From Prevotella sp. (lineage in GTDB: Bacteria; Bacteroidota; Bacteroidia; Bacteroidales; Dysgonomonadaceae), in contig JAITVV010000063.1 in NCBI GenBank assembly GCA_031285625.1, forward strand, positions 32,001 to 96,000: a stretch of DNA of 64,000 bases, in the 5' to 3' direction. The notes under the pieces were generated by a model. It had not been told where the DNA came from. It searched no databases and saw nothing but the letters and a program-made list of their open reading frames with translations. This document shows, piece after piece, positions 59,890 to 64,000 of this stretch (positions are counted from its first letter, which is position 1; every line of letters starts with the position of its first letter). The translations under genes and the position numbers were made by a program.

Positions 59890-60987
59890 TTATGAGTCCA
59901 GTTGCTGTAAAGCATATGCATAAGCTCCATACATAACAGCCTCACTGGTACCTATATGGGATATTACAATACCCGTTTTTTTCGTTTTATTATAATGGAC
60001 AAGATCATCACTTCCTGGAATTTTTACCTGAATATCTTCATTCTGAAGAAACTTACTTTTATCTTCTTCATCCATCAAATTATATATATCCATCTGGGTT
60101 TTAGAGAATGAAGTTCCGCCAAACATATTGATGTCACCATCCAACTCTTTCATCACTCCCTTAAGTATATACTTTGATGCACCTGTAAGACCGCCCCCGA
60201 TAACAACTATGCCATCCACCAATGTTAACGCATATGTCATTATATCTCCAATCATCTCTCCCATTTCTTCGAAACTTCTGATAGCTGCATCACGGTCTCC
60301 ACTGATATTTCCTTCTGCAATATCAAAAATATCTTTTGGGGTAAGATTAGAAGTATCTTTACCTGACAACTCCTGATAAACCCTTTTTACAGCACGTATA
60401 CTTACACTTTCTTCAACGATATGATTCGGATATTTTTTGTTCTTCATTATCCACACATCACCCCCACAGCCATTATCTCCGGTAAGCAGAGTTTTATTGA
60501 TTACTACCCCGGCACCAAAACCGGTACCTAAAGTTATGCCTAATAAATTTGAATATCGTTTTGGATTTCCGGCATTACTCAGCCAATAATTCACCATAGG
60601 TAAAGCTCCATGTAAAGCTTCACCGTATGCAAATAGATTTCCATCATTATTGATATATACAGGAATCTGAAATTTAGCATACAGATATGGGCCTAATGCA
60701 ACACCTCCACGAAAAGCCTTAAAGTTAGGCAAATCACCGATTATACCATTTTTATAATCGGCAGGACCGGGAAAAGCAAAACTTATCGCTACAGGCTCGG
60801 TATCCAGAGTCGATTTGATAGTTTCAAAACCATATACAAGCTGTTCCAGACATTTATCCAGATCATCTGAAACAGCAGGCAGGACAAAATGTTCGCCAAC
60901 CTCTTTATAGGCCTGAACTGCAGAAAAAACAAAATTTGTACCTCCGGCATCAAGAGTCAGAACTATCCGTTGATCGTTAATATACAT
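59890..60987 (-). CDS. ROK-family sugar kinase (hexokinase-like)
   Basis: LDAGGTN, FAFPGP, INNDGNLFAYGE, TLGTGFGAG, VIGGG; no N-terminal HTH; likely start MYIND at 60987. Confidence 0.93.
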   Translation of the reverse strand: MYINDQRIVLTLDAGGTNFVFSAVQAYKEVGEHFVLPAVSDDLDKCLEQLVYGFETIKSTLDTEPVAISFAFPGPADYKNGIIGDLPNFKAFRGGVALGPYLYAKFQIPVYINNDGNLFAYGEALHGALPMVNYWLSNAGNPKRYSNLLGITLGTGFGAGVVINKTLLTGDNGCGGDVWIMKNKKYPNHIVEESVSIRAVKRVYQELSGKDTSNLTPKDIFDIAEGNISGDRDAAIRSFEEMGEMIGDIMTYALTLVDGIVVIGGGLTGASKYILKGVMKELDGDINMFGGTSFSKTQMDIYNLMDEEDKSKFLQNEDIQVKIPGSDDLVHYNKTKKTGIVISHIGTSEAVMYGAYAYALQQLDS

Positions 60988-60991
60988 GGGT

Positions 60992-62152
60992 TTATGATTT
61001 TTTCTTAAATTTAAGTGATAATAAATAAATATATACCGCACTTAGCAGCAAAACTCCAAAACTAATACCTAACCCGAAGTGTTTTGCTACAATTCCCACT
61101 AATGGGGTAACAACTGCGCCTCCTGCTACCCCCATAATCATCAGAGAAGATATTTCATTAGCTTTCTGTGGACGATACTGCATAGCTAATGAAAATATTA
61201 CAGAGAAAACATTTGCACAGGTCAGTCCTATAATGAAAATTGCAGCAAACAACATCCATTTTTCTCCCAAAAACATAAGTATAAGAAATGCGGGAATGGC
61301 TACAATCATATTAATTTTCATGAATTTTGAAGGATCTACTTTCAATAGAATAATAGATCCTAAAAATGCACCCAGGGTTCTTGCACCAAAATACAAACTT
61401 GAACCCAGAGTTGCATCTTCTGTTGAAAAGCCAAGCCTCTGCTCCAAAAGTTGTGGGGTATTTACATTCATACAAACATCGATGCCCACGATTAATAAAA
61501 TACCCAGAAACATCTGTAAAATAAGACTATCTTTCAGCAATCCCAGAGTATTGGTAAAAGAAGCCTGTGCTGTATCAATATTTTCCTCTTTTTTGATGGG
61601 TACCAGATACAACCAAGCAAACGATATAAGAGATGTTACAGCAAATACTAACAATATTAATTTCCAGTCGCCATAGTTTTTTACAGCTATACTGGCTATG
61701 ATTGGGCCTACAAAAGAAGATACAGCTTTGATAAATTGCCCGAATGTAAGAGTACCTGCCAATTTATTATCATCTACTATGCTGGCAACCAAAGGATTTA
61801 AAGAAACCTGCAATATCGTATTGCCAATACCCAAAAGGGCAAAGGAAAATATAACCACATAAAAGTTGTAAAAGAAAAAAGGTAAAGCCAGAGATATACA
61901 TTCTATCAGAATAGCCAATAACACGGTCTTTTTACGGCCGATACGGTTCATAAGCAATCCTGTAGGTATAGAGAAAATTGCGAACCAGAAAAAGACCATC
62001 ATCGGTATAATACTGGATGTAAGCTCATCAAGTGAGAAATCTTTTTTCAGATAATTCGTTGAAAGCCCCACAATATCGACCATTCCCATTACAAAAAAGC
62101 TAAAGAGGATAGGAATGAGTATTTTTATAGTATTTGATTTATTTGCTGTCAT
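60992..62152 (-). CDS. MFS sugar transporter (FucP/GluP-like)
   Basis: Multiple TM segments, RIGRK, LQVSLNP, IMGVAGGAV. Confidence 0.92.
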   Translation of the reverse strand: MTANKSNTIKILIPILFSFFVMGMVDIVGLSTNYLKKDFSLDELTSSIIPMMVFFWFAIFSIPTGLLMNRIGRKKTVLLAILIECISLALPFFFYNFYVVIFSFALLGIGNTILQVSLNPLVASIVDDNKLAGTLTFGQFIKAVSSFVGPIIASIAVKNYGDWKLILLVFAVTSLISFAWLYLVPIKKEENIDTAQASFTNTLGLLKDSLILQMFLGILLIVGIDVCMNVNTPQLLEQRLGFSTEDATLGSSLYFGARTLGAFLGSIILLKVDPSKFMKINMIVAIPAFLILMFLGEKWMLFAAIFIIGLTCANVFSVIFSLAMQYRPQKANEISSLMIMGVAGGAVVTPLVGIVAKHFGLGISFGVLLLSAVYIYLLSLKFKKKS

Positions 62153-62169
62153 AAAAATCCGTTATAAAA

Positions 62170-63900
62170 TTAAAACCTCACATATGCTTTTATTACCATA
62201 CATTCCTTTCCGGCAGAATCCCCGGTCGGTGTAATTGTGTACTCACCTAAAGCAGCAGGAATTATGAATGTTTCAGCGTAATGTACTATAAACGGTTCGA
62301 AATTTCCTTTTGGATCTTCCACTATAACTTCTTCTCCTTCTACAAGGTTTAACACATTAACGCTATTATTCGTTTTATGCCATGTTGTTTTAGAAAAACG
62401 GAATCTCCGGGTTTCTATAAACTCATTAGGATGAAGTCCTGTTCTTTCTTCCATCCATCCATCACCCTCCGATATGACTGAACATACATTCACTAAGTTC
62501 TTATATGTGTATTCCGTATCTCTCGACCAGTCTATTACTTTTTTACCTCTTTCTACATTTATCGGACGCGGCTTCCCGTCAAGGCCTAAACGCTCCCAGT
62601 CCCAGAGTTTGAAAGTAAATAAGTTAGGCGTAGAACTAATTTCCAAAACAACTCCCTGAGGCCCGGAGCAGTGTACCGTCCCGTTCGGTATCAGAAAATG
62701 GTCATGTTTTTTTGCCGGAATTTTATTTGTATACTTTTCAGCATCAAAAACCAATTCACCTTTCTGCGCTTTTTCCAGATCACTTATCATTTCATCTTTA
62801 GATATACCTGTTTTAAGGCCTAGATATACAACAGCGTCGTCTTTAGCATCCATCATATAATAGCTTTCATCCTGAGTATAATGAATCCCAAATGAATCAT
62901 GAACAAACTGAGTTGTAGGATGCACCTGCAAACTCAGGCTTCCACCCTGAACTGTATCCAGAAAATCGAAACGGATAGGAAATTCTTTACCAAAACGAGA
63001 TTCTACCGGCTCTCCCAACAAATCAAGGCTTTTTAATAGAACAAGATTCAAAGCCGGCATTTCAAACAGGATTCCATCTATGTTAAGATAAAGACTATTT
63101 TCTTCAGGAACACAATCGAAACACCATCCATAGTTTATATTATCATTATCAAGACCAAAAGTATCTTTCATCCATTGACCGCCCCACGGTGCAGGGTCAA
63201 AGAATGGAACTACCCTGAAAGGCTTTGTGACAGTAGCTTCAATCCCCTTGAAAAATGTTTCTTTATCTATCATCTTAGGCTTCCCCCTGTCATGAGTATC
63301 AAGCCAGTATGACACACGATGATACAATGTATGTTTATGCATATCACATATGCGCCAGTCATTGAAGTACCCCCGTTTATGTTGTATTGATATTGGCTCG
63401 TTTCTATCATCAATTCCAAGAGCAGAAATACTATGCGCACGAAAACGCTGCTGAATCTCCCACCGGGCCATATCAACATAGATTACACATGCTGATGATG
63501 GTACTACCAGAGACGCCCCACTACCTACAACGATTGCTGAGCCTCCATGTTTAGCTATCTTATTTTTTGCATTTTCCAGCTTCTCAGGATCAAAATAGTC
63601 TAATATTGACAAATTAGTTATATAACCAAATAGAACATCATCAGTCATAAACCGTCCTGTCATTCTCCGGATTTCTTGCTCACTCTTAAATAAATCTCTG
63701 GTATTAAAAAATAGTTCCGGCTGTAAAATACTCACCTGAGATATTACATCGTCCTCGTAAACACCCACATACATATCTATAGCCATAACCGGACATGACT
63801 TCAGCGTTTTCCCTAAAGATTTAATAATTTCATTCCATCCTACCAAGACAGCACCTGCAATTTTCGTAGCAGGATATTTGTCATAATTGGGCTTCCTCAT
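62170..63900 (-). CDS. Class I mannose-6-phosphate isomerase-like cupin with long N-terminal domain
   Basis: PWGG, FPIRFDFLD, LSLQVHP, QDESYY, IPNGTVH, VLEIS: PMI type I metal-binding pattern in the C-terminal ~350 aa. Confidence 0.85.
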   Translation of the reverse strand: MRKPNYDKYPATKIAGAVLVGWNEIIKSLGKTLKSCPVMAIDMYVGVYEDDVISQVSILQPELFFNTRDLFKSEQEIRRMTGRFMTDDVLFGYITNLSILDYFDPEKLENAKNKIAKHGGSAIVVGSGASLVVPSSACVIYVDMARWEIQQRFRAHSISALGIDDRNEPISIQHKRGYFNDWRICDMHKHTLYHRVSYWLDTHDRGKPKMIDKETFFKGIEATVTKPFRVVPFFDPAPWGGQWMKDTFGLDNDNINYGWCFDCVPEENSLYLNIDGILFEMPALNLVLLKSLDLLGEPVESRFGKEFPIRFDFLDTVQGGSLSLQVHPTTQFVHDSFGIHYTQDESYYMMDAKDDAVVYLGLKTGISKDEMISDLEKAQKGELVFDAEKYTNKIPAKKHDHFLIPNGTVHCSGPQGVVLEISSTPNLFTFKLWDWERLGLDGKPRPINVERGKKVIDWSRDTEYTYKNLVNVCSVISEGDGWMEERTGLHPNEFIETRRFRFSKTTWHKTNNSVNVLNLVEGEEVIVEDPKGNFEPFIVHYAETFIIPAALGEYTITPTGDSAGKECMVIKAYVRF

Positions 63901-63940
63901 AGTATATCATTCATTTTAATTAAAGATCATTTTAGATAAT

Positions 63941-63973
63941 ATGTTCATACATATTTACTATTGTGCAAATATA
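63941..63973 (-). promoter_or_regulatory. PMI-MFS-ROK operon promoter with palindromic operator
   Basis: -7 TATATTTG (minus) at 63966-63973; ATGTATGAACAT (minus) at 63941-63952, identical to the 56455 site. Confidence 0.75.
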
Positions 63974-64000
63974 TCAATCTTTTTTTGTTTACCAACATTT

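Noticed and set aside
59757-59945. 62-aa ORF downstream of ROK
   Set aside because: It overlaps the ROK 3' end and spans terminator hairpins; no motif.
1-64000. CRISPR arrays, IS elements, prophage, defence systems, invertible promoters
   Set aside because: I saw no spaced repeat arrays, transposase, integrase, recombinase or nuclease genes, nor long inverted repeats flanking a promoter; this was by eye only.

Overview
AT-rich Bacteroidales chromosomal segment. Gene content, gene order and the TAnnTTTG promoter elements suggest a Dysgonomonas-like organism (inference, not a database result). From left to right: the 5' part of a SusC gene with an AraC regulator; icd, an esterase and trpS; an orphan secreted repeat protein; an HTCS-linked alpha-1,6-mannan hydrolase cluster (GH76, GH125, GH97, GH127-like) with no SusC/D; the core envelope block (skp x2, bamA, uppS, DUF6089, DUF6242, ribD); a long coupled operon (dut, TPR, DUF4292, envC, tandem FdtA-like cupin, FemAB-like GNAT, hypothetical, APC permease, rlmB, TonB-C, ridA); ribH with tRNA-Tyr and tRNA-Gly; a thioesterase; a two-component system with a PepSY-like gene; and a ~21.7 kb alpha-mannoside utilisation locus (sulfatase, DUF3823, SusD, SusC, two GH92, GH38, ROK kinase, MFS, extended mannose-6-phosphate isomerase). 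Main observations: a 12-bp palindromic operator (ATGTATRWACAT) sits in front of all four transcription units of that locus, tying the sulfatase to the mannosidases; two genes are split by frameshifts in simple repeats (GH38, TonB-C); and tRNA-Gly carries a compensated A19-U56 change. I saw no CRISPR array, rRNA, IS or prophage. Family calls come from motif recognition by eye.
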